DNA of 64,000 nucleotides, from NCBI RefSeq assembly GCF_018350175.1, contig NC_058368.1, forward strand, positions 62,374,001 to 62,438,000, in the 5' to 3' direction. Positions 12,101 through 25,366 of the stretch are shown one piece after another (position 1 is the first letter of the stretch; each line of letters opens with the position of its first letter). The translations under genes were made by a program, and so were the position numbers. The stretch comes from Felis catus (taxonomy: Eukaryota). Below the pieces are notes generated by a model. The model did no database searches. It had not been told where the DNA came from and saw only the letters and a program-made list of their open reading frames with translations.

Positions 12101-14111
12101 AGCTTTCTCTCTACGAATACAATGTTTATATGTTTACTTTATCATTACCTTAGGTGAGGCAATCACAGACTCTGAATAAACTGTGAACATCTCATACTTT
12201 CTTCTCACATTAAGAAAATCTGAAACCCATCAAAATTATTTTTCACATTTTGGTTTAAGGTTGAGTTTGAGAGAATCTTTATAAAATGTTCAAAATCTTG
12301 GTATTGCCATGTTTCCAAATTTGCTGATGTATCCAAACAGATGTGGTCGCTTTAGATGTTTTATATATAGTTCAGAATTAATATTTTCCTTTTTATATGT
12401 ATTCTTGCTTTGTATAATCTGTTTTCCATAATGGTACCCTCATATATAAAATGAAATAAATTTCCCTTTGCAGTGGAGATTAATTTAACTCATTAGAATT
12501 AAAATGCTTGAACAGTTTATTATCAAAATGGATGAGTCTTCACAAATATTTGAAAGAAATTCTCTCTGATGGTCTTGCATTTTTTCCACAGTGAAATGTG
12601 AATGAGGGTTCACTCCCAAGTGAACACATCTGGAGTTAACTACATCTAAAAAAAGAAACTGACTTAAGAATTCTATTAGATGTAGTAAATCCACATTAAA
12701 TATTGAATCTCCCAATAAATAGTGATAACCAAATGGAAGACTTATATAGAGCAAGCATTTTCAAAGTCTGAAATACTTCTTATTTCTTTGCACTCTTAGT
12801 AATTATTTTCCAATTAGATTTTCTGGACTTCACTTTTATTTTCACTTCCCTTAAGGCCTACATGAATAATATGTGATCCAAATCCAAAAGTATGTAAACA
12901 CAAGCACAAATTTTGGTACAGAAAATCTTGGGAACCAAACTTAATTATTGAAAAAGACCAAAAGCATTGTTTTTCTTTTTCTGTTTATGGTTTTATGTAT
13001 AATCCTAGTTTAACAATAGGCATATAGTACCTTTTTAAAATAATCACTGATGATCGATGTCTTCAAAACTTTTGAAAATCTAAATATCACAAATAATGCA
13101 TATTTAAGTTCTCCTCACCCCCCAAGCTTAATTAATAATCCTGAATATTTAAACTATACCATAAAATTGAGAAAAGTTAAACATTTGAAAATGTGAATCC
13201 CATAAATTCGGTAACATAAAGGTTAACTGGGTTAACTAGGTTAGACTGACAAGCATTATCTTATAGGAAGAACGCTGGGTTTAGACTTGAGCATAGAATT
13301 AAGACTATACTTACTGTTTTCTTTGTTTCTCTAGGTAACTTTTAGTACAAAAGTTGAAGAGGATATATCCAAAGTCAACTTTGACTCTAAACAGCAGTGG
13401 CTTAGAGTGATAAAAATCACAATTCTCTTTTCTAAAGCAGTATTAACCTTGTATAAAAGTAAGTTCAAACTCAGAAACTAATATGGGCACTGTTTCTCCC
13501 CAGTACTATTTTCAGTTTACATTCCTTAATGTGATTTTTGTACACAATGCCACACTTCAATTTCAGCATATACTATGTACCAGGATGCAGTATTTTATTG
13601 AACATGAATCTTAAATTCTCAAGTATGAATTGTCACTTTTAAAGATGTCTGTTTTGAAGATATTCAGGCTCAAAAACCTGTTTGTTTCCAGGATGACATA
13701 TCCAGGATAAAGTTGTGTGTCTCTACACCAAAATGTAATGCTCTATGATGTATAATCCTCTTCTTCAAAGACTACACTGTAAATATTGCTGTGTACATAG
13801 TTTAGCTAAGAACTTTCTAACAAATTGTTCTTTGAACTGCTTGTTTAAGTATGTCTGCTTTTAAAAGTCTATTTAAATTTTTTTTCACTTTGTTAAATAT
13901 TTTTCTTTGGGGTTTATAACATATTATGAAATACAGTAGGTGCAATTAAAGAAACAGTTTAATACAAATAGATTACAAAGTCAGATATGACAATAATGTA
14001 ATTGTTATATTATCAACAGTTAGTGTTGTATATAAAAGTGTTTTAATTGTATAAAATGACAATTTATAACTGTTCCATAAATTAATCATAGTTTGGAACT
14101 CTTCTTCTTCG

Positions 14112-14141
14112 TTGTTTGTCTGTTTGTTTGTGTTTATTTAT

Positions 14142-14177
<36 letters not shown>

Positions 14178-14342
14178 CAAAGGAGGGAGGGATAGAGAGA
14201 GAATCCCAAGCAGGCTCTGCACCGTCAGCATAGAGCCCAACCTGGGTATCCACAGGGGGCTCTGCCTCAGAAGCCATGAGATAATGACCTGAGCCAAAAT
14301 CAAGAGACAGACCTTTAAACAACGGAGCCAACCAGATGTCCC
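14112..14342 (-). mobile_element. CanSINE with expanded (GA)n
   Basis: SINE body (gaatcccaagcaggctctgc...atgacctgagccaaaatcaagag). Confidence 0.88.
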
Positions 14343-14619
14343 ATACATTTTCTATTGATTCTCTTCTATATCATCCATTCTTCCCCGTTAGTCTTGTATT
14401 AAAGTTAATAGATTACTTTCAGTGTTTTTCAATCTCCTATCTCCACTGAGATTTTAAAGCAGAGGGCCTTCATAAACTTTCCATTTCTAAAACTAGCTAT
14501 TTATTTCACTGTTTGCCACCTTGTGTATAAATGCAAGAGATATGATTTTTCTCTACTAAATTATCTTCACCTTGTGATGCTTGCTGAAGGGTTTCTCTTA
14601 ATGGAAGAAATTCACTTCC

Positions 14620-14843
14620 CACATGTCCATTTTCACTGTGTCCTCACGTGGTGGGAAACAAACAAGAGAAATCTTTGGGGTTTCTTTTATAAGGGCACTG
14701 ATATCATCATTCATGAAAACCCCATTCTCATCACTCAATCACTTCCCAAAGGCCCATCTCTTAATACCATGACACTAGGGGTAAGGATTTCAACATATGA
14801 ATTTTTTTTTGGAGAGGGCACAAACATCCATTCTATAATAGCA
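14620..14843 (-). mobile_element. MLT1A-like LTR fragment
   Basis: ctgtgtcctcacgtgg...ttttataagggcact...cccaaaggcccatctcttaataccat...atttcaacatatgaattt. Confidence 0.75.
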
Positions 14844-17339
14844 TGCTTTCAATAGGAAATATGGAGCTGATTAATGTTATGTAAAAATGACTAATTTTCT
14901 TATTCTATGGATACTTCTAATTTATTAGAAAATCTTACTTCAGGCAGGAGCAACACAATGTAAAATTATCCTTTTACTACCTCTCAGTTTTATCGTTTAA
15001 GTCTGTTTGGTCAATTTATCTTTGCTTTTTTTTTCCCTTCTAGTAACAATATTTTTATTGCCAACAATATCTCATCCAAAAATATTGGTAATATTGGTTT
15101 CTATAGTGTTTTTTTAAATATATAGTTATTATATTTGTATTATTCAATAAAATTCAGTTCATACATGAAATACCGTATTAAGTGATTTCTGAGATTAAAA
15201 TATGTGAACATCTAGGTCCTTGTTTCTATCATATGTACTCCAAATTTATAAAAATTATGATAAATTTTCTAATACATGCAATTAAAGGAAAAATGAACAT
15301 TTCGTCAGGAAGGTTAACAAAATGTCTTTGTAGTTCTTAAAAACTTAGTATCAAAAGTGAAGCCTCATGTTCAAGCCTCAGGCTAACTTCCTTTGATTCT
15401 GAGAAGGGTCAAGAAGTACCAGAGAAAGGACACTCCAACCGGGAGAGACAAGTAAGAACAGCCATCAAAACACAGGAAGCTGTCAAGATTAGCTTCCATA
15501 TGGGATGTCAGCACTGATGGGCATATGGCAGAAATGTTTAAAATATCGTAATCAGTTGCTTAGTAAGATCTACCTAAGTGTGAATATATGATAAGATATA
15601 CCACATTTACTTTGTGTCAATAATGAAAAATCCAAACATCTCTTTGTATTGAAAAAAACCTGCTGCATATAATATAAATATCTATTATTTATAAAGATAT
15701 CTCAATGAGAAACCAAATAATTAATAGGCTGCAGATTTAAAAAGATTATTTCTTACCAAAGTACTATATTGGTAGTGGAGAAAACCAGGTCCAGTTTGCC
15801 TTTTAATGACTGGAATACAGGGACTTTGTTCCACTGTTGTTGAGAAGCTGCATGTGAGACAGAACACGGATGCAGCAAGCAGGTACCATCCACAGCATTA
15901 ACAACTAAAGGGAAGAAGTGGGGTTACCAAAAATTAGGAGCTTGGAGAAAAGTCTCTTAGACTCATGTCCTGGAATCAGACAGCTGAGGGACAGAGCTGG
16001 CTCATACTGAGGGTCAGAGAGCTGATGTTTGAGGTGCAAAATGCATATATGAGCACATATGAAAAATGCTGAGAGATGTAGAAAGAGGAAGAAGTAAGGT
16101 CCCTTCTTCTCCCTCGTCTTTCAATTGCCCACCAATGTGTTTTGCATGGACACAACTCCGAAACACTAACAGCAAAGTAGTTTGAAGACAGAAGATATTA
16201 ATAAGGGGGACTAATAGCTGGAAAGGTAACAGGTAAATAACCAGCACAATAGCACTTCCTGAGATTACAAAATAGTATGGACTATCATTATGAGTGTTAG
16301 GTATGTTCAAAAATAAGTTGCCACATAAAATTTACAAGCAACGTAAAAATATTTTAGTCCAGAAACTTCCACCGCCTAACCTCCATGGAACTCAATATTT
16401 TTTTTTTAAATTAGAATTTCTAGTAGCCATTTTTTATTTCTAAAATTCTATGATCATATAATTCCCACATGTGTATTTGTAAACTATTTTATCTGAATTT
16501 TTGATGTAGGTTAATATGTTTTATGCGTAAACAAAAATACAAACAAGACACGGTTTCTAGGTAACAGGCCTGACTGCAGTTTTACAGGCATGCGTTCTAT
16601 TCTTGGACGTAGCCTTAAGAGTAATTTGAAGTTAAGGAACTAACTTCTGTGAAAATCAACTGTTCATCTAAAAATACTAACAAAAATAAATACTATGAAA
16701 ATGTATTATAAAATTAGATGAAATTAATATAAGGGCCTTATACATTCCTGAAACATAGTAAGCATGTAACAAAACCCAGCTACAAGAATGCTGTTTTCAG
16801 TGGTTTTAAGATGATGTTGATTTGACTCTATTTCCATGAAATTTTGTAAAGCAAGAAAGCAATAGTATGAGCAAATTATTTGACCCTGCAGCCATAATAT
16901 TGATAAAATTAGAAAAGTTTTAGTATGCATTCTGTATAATACAGAAAAATGGCTACATAAATGTCATTTCAAAACATTTTATGCCATACAGACACTGTAA
17001 GATGATCAGCATGCATGCCATTCATATCGATTTTTATGTGATTACTTAAAGAAACATAGTTACTGCTGATTTATATCTCCAGATTAATATTTTATAAATT
17101 GTTCAATCTCTATTACGTGATTTATCACTTAATTATATGATTCTGATTTAAGCAAAAACTAATAACCCCAAATGGTTACGCAACTCAATGTCATGAAAAT
17201 ATAATGATTCTTAGTTTATCAGATATGTTTCACTAACATTCTAACATCCTTTTATGCACAAATACAATGCATTTATTAAAATGTAAATACTGACAAGAAC
17301 ATGTATGACCCATTCATACACTAGTTTGAGCATATGTAT

Positions 17340-17830
17340 AAACATTCATTTATTTTGTAATTTCTAGGGGCAGTTCCTATTGCCTGATGCTGTGCTAAAG
17401 GTACATACTTCGAAATATACAACATTAGTATCCGAAAGAAGTACAAGACATATTGGAGATAAATGCCAGTTGTCCTAAAATATGAAACACAAGGGTGTTG
17501 CAAAGGAAAAGAGAGTACATATCTGTCAGTTTGACTCATGGGAGATTTCACAATGAAGAAGTATGCAATGCAATTTTAAAAATAAGTAGGAGTTCACTAA
17601 AAAAAATGAAAATGTGTGTAAAGAAAATGGTTCAGTATGGGGGTGGGGTGGGTGTTGCAGAGACCAAAATGATGATGAGTAGTGAAGGAAAAGCAATTAC
17701 TTTAGTACAGTAGAAGCCTATATATGTGCACATGCAGGACCCATGAGACACAGCAAAGAAGGAAGGGTGGAAGACACCAATGGAAGATGTGTTGTGCAAT
17801 TACAAGCCATTCAAATGTTTATTTTTCATT
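17340..17830 (-). mobile_element. L2 remnant
   Basis: Begins aacattcatttatt...cctattgcctgatgctgtgctaaag (reverse of the L2 3' end); purine-rich continuation. Confidence 0.45.
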
Positions 17831-18099
17831 GTAACACCATGCGTTTTGTATTTTTCCTTTAGCTGGACATTCAAGTTTGCTTTTAACTATTTTTTTTATG
17901 TTTTAGCAACATATTCATTGCTGCAATCAACAGTCACATATATATGCACACATTTACGATTACATATATTTAAAAACAAATTTTAGGCACATGTATTGCA
18001 CCCCGTGAAATTTTTTGGTGATATATTTTAATTTATCCTGACAAAATTTTGTCAAGGTGTGTGGCAAATGATCCCACTTCAGTTACCAGCACCAATAAT

Positions 18100-18345
18100 A
18101 TAAACTCCGACATTATGTCAATGGAAAATTACAATTCAATTCAAGCAGGAATAAGTGATCTTTATATTTCAGGAATACAAGTTTTGGTTGTCCCATTTTG
18201 CAAAAAACAATGACCAGTTGAAGTAATTGCCGACAATAAAGAGGCTATGGAATGGGTAGTGAAGAAGATACTTAGAAATACAAGCTATTGCCATGTAAAC
18301 AGTTGAAGAATCAGGACTATAACCGTAAGAGTACTTTCTCCTGTA
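18100..18345 (+). mobile_element. ERVL internal (3' end) remnant
   Basis: ggaaaattacaa...caagcagga...ttcaggaatacaagttttgg...ggaatgggtagtgaagaag...aaatacaagcta...cagttgaagaatcaggactataa resembles the recalled ERVL-int 3' region. Confidence 0.6.
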
Positions 18346-18829
18346 AATGTATATAATTATGAATTATGTATTTCATAATTATATTACTACATATAAATAC
18401 AATTTTTAGAAAGAAGGAAATAACAATTGAACCCATAAAGAGACAGTGAAAACAACTATAGGGTTAAAGCAATGAAAACAATATAATGTTTGTTTCCACA
18501 AAAACAGAGAGACAAATTACTGGGTTGGAAAAAAGGAAAACCTGGAATCAGTAATAACTGTTCACTGGAGAAGAATAATTAAGGCTTCATACTATAGTAG
18601 TTGGGATAGATTGTCATAGAATAGTAGGTCTTCTCTTTTGACAAAAAATTTAACTCACTTATATCATATACCAACAAAACCTATGAACAGATGATTAGGA
18701 CATACTTACAATTTTGCTTTTTCTTTTTTCATATCTTTCTTTATTTCCTGCCATTTCTTACAATGGAGTTGGGTAGAACATTTTGAAAATTTTTAGATGA
18801 TAGCGGGATATGTCTCGGTGATACATTCC

Positions 18830-19197
18830 TGTTACAAACTGAATGTGTGTCCCCTCAAAATTCATATGTGGAAACCCTACCCTCCAATGTCATAGTATTA
18901 GAAGATGGGTCTTTGGGGAGTAATTAAGGTTATTGAGGTCATAACAGTGTAACTCTGATGAATGGGTGCATATATTTATAAGAGTATGAGAGAGCTTGCT
19001 TCCTCTGCTCCATTCCACACCTTGTGAGGATGCAAGAAGTTGGCAGCCTACAGCCCGTAAAAGGACTCTCACCAGAACCAGTCTGTGCTGGCACCCTGAT
19101 GGTGGACTCCTGACTTCAAAACTATGAGAAATAAATTTCTGTTGTTTATAAGTCTCCCAGTCTATGGTACTTTGCTACAGCAGCCTCAACTAATACG
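18830..19197 (+). mobile_element. Complete MLT1A-type MaLR solo LTR
   Basis: tgttacaaactgaatgtgtgtcccctcaaaattcatatg ... aataaatttctgttgtttataag ... ctaatacg; perfect 5-bp TSD attcc (18825-18829; 19198-19202). Confidence 0.9.
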
Positions 19198-19370
19198 ATT
19201 CCCAACAGTAAAGAAAAATAGAAGACTATTGCATCAGCTCTCAGATAGGTCCATAACCAGCTCATTCCCCACAAAGTGATCAGTTGACCCTTAGAACAGG
19301 CAGAAGGCCATGGCCAACTTGGGTGTAGTAATGGCTGGTGTACAAGAAAAATCATAAATACCAGCTGCAA

Positions 19371-19432
19371 TATTTTTTAAGTTTATTTTATTTATGTTGA
19401 GAGAGAGAAAGAGGGCATGTGAGCTGGGGAAG

Positions 19433-19470
<38 letters not shown>

Positions 19471-19560
19471 CCCAAGCAAGCTCTGCACTCTCAGCACGGA
19501 GCCCGACATGAGAAATCAAGAGTCAGACACACTTAACCAACTGAGCCACCCAAGCGCCTC
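19371..19560 (-). mobile_element. CanSINE, internally deleted, with (GA)n
   Basis: SINE body lacking the B-box-containing middle; TSD ccagctgca at 19361-19369 and 19561-19569. Confidence 0.88.
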
Positions 19561-19644
19561 CCAGCTGCAGTTTTGAAATAAATTACAAACTTGCTGACTG
19601 AAGCCTTTACTCATAATTTTCATGTTTCTGATGGTTTCATATTC

Positions 19645-19650
<6 letters not shown>

Positions 19651-19676
<26 letters not shown>
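19651..19676. repeat. (TG)13 microsatellite
   Basis: Direct reading. Confidence 0.95.
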
Positions 19677-19680
<4 letters not shown>

Positions 19681-19821
19681 TGTATGTCTCCAGGGTAGAA
19701 ATACTACATTTAGTCATTCCAGTGATGTGCATTCATGGAAGAATAGGTTATTTCTTGTCTCTCTCCTTGCTATCAAAACTGATTTCCCATAACTTCCAAA
19801 CATTAGAAAATGCACACAATC

Positions 19822-19822
<1 letters not shown>

Positions 19823-19860
<38 letters not shown>
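19823..19860. repeat. (AC)19 microsatellite
   Basis: Direct reading. Confidence 0.95.
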
Positions 19861-19862
<2 letters not shown>

Positions 19863-20300
19863 CTCTTTAATATCCCCTCGTTGTTTAAGTAATCTGAGTT
19901 GTTATTATGGCTTACAACCAAAGAATTCAGTTGATAGTGTTTCTTTTTTTTTTCTTTTTCATTAGATATGCTCAATTTTTTTTTCTTTTCATACAGTGAA
20001 AAGTTTTAGCACACTTGGATTAGTTCTATATTTATTATTACTCTTCATTATTCATTGCACTTTTGAAATTAATTATGAATCTCACTGAAGCTCTGTTAAC
20101 TTCTTTTTAAATTATAACTCCTCTTTTTTAAATAAATTTAAGAATGCATTGCCATATATTGGAAAGTCTGAGTTTGTGTTGATTCCATTTCTTTTGCTCA
20201 GTAGTAAGTTCCTGATGTCCACGAAGTCTTTATTTGTTATTATGTCAGGAACAGATCCCAACAGAATTCCTTATGAAGTATAAGAATTGTACATAGTTTT

Positions 20301-20515
20301 TTTTTATTTTTTTTAACGCTTATTTATTTTTGAGACAGAGAGAGACAAAGCATGAATGGGGGAGGGCCAGGGAGAGGGAGACACAGAATCTGAAATAGGC
20401 TCCAGGCTCTGAGCTGTCAGCACAGAGCCTGACGCGGGGCTCGAACTCACGGACCGAGAGATCATGACCTGAGCCGAAGTCGGCCGCTTAACCGACTGAG
20501 CCACCCAGGCGCCCC
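20301..20515 (-). mobile_element. SINEC_Fc-type SINE
   Basis: Complete body; TSD tg(t/a)acatagtttt at 20288-20300 and 20516-20528. Confidence 0.95.
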
Positions 20516-20576
20516 TGAACATAGTTTTGATAACTAAATCACTGCATCAAAAGTGATAAAACATAACACTTCATTT

Positions 20577-20796
20577 CTTTTGTTTTAATTTTTTTAATAT
20601 TTACTGATTTTTTGAGAGACAGAGACAAGGCACGAGTGGGGGAGGGGCAGAGAGAGAGGGAGACACAGAATTTGAAGCAGGCTCCAGGCTCCAGGCTGTC
20701 AGCAAACAGTGGATGCTGGCCTCAAACTCACGAACCATGAGATCATGACCTGAACTGAACTCGGATGATTAACCGACTGAGCCATCCAGGCACTCC
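20577..20796 (-). mobile_element. CanSINE
   Basis: Complete body; TSD aacacttcattt at 20565-20576 and 20797-20808. Confidence 0.93.
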
Positions 20797-21647
20797 AACA
20801 CTTCATTTTTATGTTTGTGGTGTACAATGTTTTCCTTGTTAAAAAAATACTTTTTGAAAAAAATTGATCCAAATATTTATATATTATTTCAAATCCAAAT
20901 GTTGGGAAGCATAGCTTTCAGACTGCAAAACATGGTCTATCCAGCAGCAGTTGACAGAATAACCAGATGAAAGCTTGTGGCATTGGAGGGAAATGGATCA
21001 AAATCATATTTAAGAAATGTGAATAGAAGAATGAATGGATGGTAATTATCATGATGTGAGAATTATATAATATCTTCTGTTACATATTCTATCATTTCTG
21101 TTCTCTAAGTACATTCCCTCCTGCTCTTGAGGCCTTTCCATATGTGGTTAACTAAAACTGGATTTTAGTTTCCCTGATGTCAAAACAGATTTAATAATAC
21201 ATGTGTTGCTAAATATCAAATGAAAGTAAATAAGTAACCTAAAAAAAAAAGTGAGAAAAATAAAGAAAAGGAAAAGACCACTAATTTAAAGAACTGAGAT
21301 CTAACAAATCTGCCATTTTAATAAAATTAGGTAAGTTTAACTCATCTACTGAAAAAAAGAAAATTTCCAGTTCATGTAGTAGTAAAATATTATCTTCATG
21401 TTGTATACAAAAAACACACCTAAAATATAATGTTTTACAGAGGCTAAAATAAATTTAATGGGTCAAAAATTAAACAAAAATGATTCAATAAAAGTGAAAC
21501 AAGGGACCTGATTTCTCTAGTAGATAAAATAGCAGTTAGCCCCAAGAATATTTTTTAAAAAGATAAAGAGTGAAATGCTGCTATAATTCACATAGAAGAT
21601 ATAACATTTATTTATATCTATGTAACATTTAATAAAATGACAACTTT

Positions 21648-21855
21648 ATTTTTTTAGGTTTATTTACTTATTTTCAGAGAGAGTGAGTGAGCAGGGGAGG
21701 GGCAGAGAGAGAGGAAGAGACAGAATCCCAGGTAGGCTCCATACCGTCAGCACAGAGCCAGATGACAGAGGGCTCAATCACACAAACCTGGAGATCATGA
21801 CCTGAGCCAAAACCCTGAGTCGGATGCTCAACCAACAGAGCCACCCAGGGGCCCC
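21648..21855 (-). mobile_element. CanSINE
   Basis: TSD aatgacaacttt at 21636-21647 and 21856-21867. Confidence 0.92.
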
Positions 21856-22093
21856 AATGACAACTTTCGTTAAGCAGAAACTATTGGGAGATGCTCATAG
21901 AGACTGATATATGCAAAGTAAAGTAGATTTTTAACACAGCCTTCAGATCTAGACAAATCAAGTGGACACAAACAACCAAGATTGACACACGATAGGCAGT
22001 ATAAGCATGTAGATAATTACAAGTATCTGGACTGAGCAATGGATATAGATAGAGAGATCCACATCCTTAAAATCAGAGATTATATATATATAT

Positions 22094-22302
22094 TTTTTTT
22101 AATTTTTTAAATGTTTATTTATTTTTGAGAGAGACAGAGCATGAGCAGGGGAAGACAGAAAGAGAGGAAGACACAATCTGAAACAGGCTCCAGGCTCTGA
22201 ACTGTCAGCACAGAGTCTGACATGGGCCTCGAACTCAGGAACCATGAGATCATGACTTGAGTCAAAGTCAGACACTCAACTGACTGAGCCATTCAAAGCC
22301 CC
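22094..22302 (-). mobile_element. CanSINE
   Basis: SINE body flanked on both sides by atatatatttttt. Confidence 0.9.
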
Positions 22303-22551
22303 ATATATATTTTTTAGAGTGAATTTGGACATTTTAAAAAATACTTTTATTAAACCATATATATTGCTAACATTAGATTTCCCAAATATAAATAATACAA
22401 TATTGACCAAAATTTAATGAATCAAGAAAGTGATAAATTTTAATATCCTTAACTCGGAAATTTAAAAAAAATACCAAAAGAGCCTTTTAATATAATTTTG
22501 TCCAGTCAAGATTAGACTGCATAGACTTCCTTCAAATCTCCATGATCGTTT

Positions 22552-22752
22552 TATTTTTCTAAAGTTTATTTATTTATTTTGAGAGAGAGCACAGAGGAGG
22601 GGCAGAAAGAGGGAGAGAAAGAATACCAGTCAGGCTCCTCACCATTAGCATGGAGCCCAAATGGGCTCGATCTCATGAACTGTGAGATAGATCAAGACCT
22701 GAGCTAAAATCAAGATTCTGACACATAACCAACTGAGACACCCAGGCACCCC
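22552..22752 (-). mobile_element. CanSINE (older)
   Basis: Degenerate SINE body ending aaccaactgagacacccaggcacccc. Confidence 0.85.
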
Positions 22753-24300
22753 TTCATGGTTTTAAAATAAAGTTTCTTTCTTGCTAATGGCATATGCTCT
22801 TAAGTTTCCCTATACGGAACCACTGACCTCAGGCTGTCTGAGGGAGTCAGATATATTTGCACGGTTACCACGCCAAAGGCACTGTGATGACCAGAGTGAA
22901 TCATCCTCAAGGTTGAAGTAGGCCTCCATACAGGAAAAGCCTCACAAGAAAGCTAGCTCCTCACCCCATTAAGACCACTAAAGCAGGTTGTTAGGGGAAG
23001 TGGGAGAGGAGCACAGGATGGTATGAGGAAACTCTGTAGCCTGCTTCCACCTGACAAGGAAGCCAAGATTCTATTACACTACTGAGAAGTAGAAGGCATG
23101 CCAGAAGATGCCTAACTCACTGCCAGTCATAGCAGCCCTCCTCCGCTTGTGCACACTTCTTCCACGTCAGGTAGACTATTTCTGGGATTGCTTGTCAACA
23201 CACCCTCTACTCCTGCACTTGCTGTTGTTCACATACCTTTGGGTCCTCTTATGTATCTACCAGTTTTCAGGCATATTCTTCTTACCAAAACATGCCACAG
23301 TCTGTTTATTTTATAACTTGTCAAAAAATGTCGTTGATAACCTTCTACTTCTTGAAACATCCCAGTATTTAGTGACCTCCTATGTCATGGGGAAGAGTCC
23401 TCTTCCACTTTAGAGAAGGAAAGAAAAGTTACCTTCTTTAATTCATTCTCAATCTCTGTCTCTCTCTTTCTCTCTTTATTTCTCTATCTATCTTTGGATT
23501 AAGTCCAATATTGCCTTTGCCCAACCTACCTACTGGCTAAATCTCAGATTTTATACTTTGGAAGGAATTAACACAAGCCATTTAACTTACTTTTATCCAA
23601 TACTCAACTGTTTAGTAGGTGTTGACAATTTAGTTCCAGATATCAGTTTAAAACTTTGTTTGCAACCCTATTTTTTTATAAAAAAGCTCCAACTCTTCAA
23701 GAATTAATTATTTTCCAATGTAAAGAGTAAATTGCTGTACTTTTACATTTAGAAACCCTTTGAGTAACCTTGAAGAACTGAAACTTGTTACCACTGGATC
23801 TTAACTCTTAACTGAGAGTACTCAGCCTATATGAACTCATACAAAACACCTAAATTCTGTATAAAATGTCACTTATTTGTGTCATGGTACATGTGAAGAT
23901 AATTTTTAACTATGTGCTATAATTACATATCCCATGGGGAAACGGAGGCCCTCCATTTATATAGAGCAATGTCATACATTGAAAATGTCCTGTCATATCA
24001 GGTTTCCATTATATTTTTGTGACAGGTGAAAAATAAGCAATAAATAAAAAGGCTGATAAGGTCACACACCTGTAATACTGTTTTCAGTTTGAGACACTTC
24101 AGTGTCATAACGATGCTGACAAATGGCAAGGGCTTTGAAGAAAACTCAGAAGTATGATTAAGGAGCTCTGAAGTTAGATGTAAAGCAAGAGATAAAAAGA
24201 TGAAATATGTGTACCCTCACTCAATTGTGACTAAGGAGGAGTCAAGTTATCTGCTTTGAAAAATCTAGAAGTTATAAACAACAAAGAGATTGCAGTGCTA

Positions 24301-24303
<3 letters not shown>

Positions 24304-24343
<40 letters not shown>
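24304..24343. repeat. (CA)n microsatellite (~20 units)
   Basis: Direct reading. Confidence 0.95.
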
Positions 24344-24345
<2 letters not shown>

Positions 24346-24497
24346 GTTTTCTGTAATAACTGCCATGGTTTCTTTAGTAAGGTTTTAATATAGGAAATTT
24401 TCATACTTAAGTGTACCAAAAAATATTTTCCTTGCAAGTACACACATGTTTAATTATACTTTTTAAAGTACTGATTTAAAATTATAAGACAATAGTG

Positions 24498-25366
24498 CAC
24501 AAACTGGTGCAGGCACTGTGGAAAACAGTATAGATGTTCCTCAAGAAATTAAAAATAGAATTACCATATGATCCAGTAATTCTGCTACTTGATATTTACC
24601 CAAAGAAAGCAAAAGCACTAATTAAAAAAGATATATACACCCCTATATCTATTGCAACATTATTTACAATAGCCAAGATATGGAAACAACCCAAGTGTCC
24701 ACCAATAGATAAATGTATAAAGAAGATGTGGTATAGAAAGAAATACAGTGAAATACTACCCAGCCATAAAGAATGAAATCTTGACATTTGCAGCAACATG
24801 GATGGCTCTAGAAGGTATAATGTAATGCTAAGCAGAATAAGTCAGTCAGAGAAAGACAAATGCCCTATGACTTCATGCATACGTAGAATTAGGAAATGAA
24901 GCAAACAACAAAGAAAAAAAAGAGAGAGAGAGAAAAAAAATACCAGACCTAAATCTAGAGAATAATCTGATGATTACCAGAGGGGAGAAGCCTAAGGAGA
25001 TGGGTGAAATGGATGAAGGGGATTAAAGAGTATACTTAGTATGATAAGCACTGACTATGGAATTGATGAATCCCTTTATTGTACAACTGAAACTAATATG
25101 TTAAATATACTTAGATTTGTGGAGCACCTGGGTGGCTCAGTCAGTTAAGCATCTGACTCTGGCCTAGGTCGTAATCTTGTTGTTCCTGAGTTTGAGTCCG
25201 CATCGGGCTTTGTGCTGACAGCTCAGAGCCTGGAGCCTGTTTCAGATTCTGTGTCTCCCTCTCTGTCTCTGCTCCTTCCCCGTGCGGGCTCTGTCTCTCT
25301 CTTTCTCAAAATTAAATAAACATATTTTTTAATTATGCTTAGATTGAAAAATAAACACTTTAAAAA
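24498..25366 (+). mobile_element. 5'-truncated carnivore L1 3' end (ORF2 C-terminus plus 3'UTR)
   Basis: ORF 24534-24776 FLKKLKIELPYDP...WKQPKCP is L1 ORF2 C-terminal sequence; 3'UTR is interrupted by a SINE. Confidence 0.88.
25120..25333 (+). mobile_element. CanSINE nested in the L1 3'UTR
   Basis: TSD tat(a/g)cttagatt at 25106-25117 and 25334-25345. Confidence 0.9.

Larger units (their letters stand above)
21290..22480 (+). mobile_element. Ancient L1 ORF2 (endonuclease region) remnant interrupted by two SINEs
   Basis: Degenerate endonuclease-region motifs (ttgtatacaaaaaacacacctaaaa, gaagatataaca...tatatctatg, agatttttaacac...agacaaatcaagtggacac). Confidence 0.5.

Noticed and set aside
18039..18054. 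Perfect 16-bp palindrome tgacaaaattttgtca (also taatcttaa-a-ttaagatta at 28616-28634)
   Set aside because: A few palindromes of this size are expected by chance in 64 kb of AT-rich DNA
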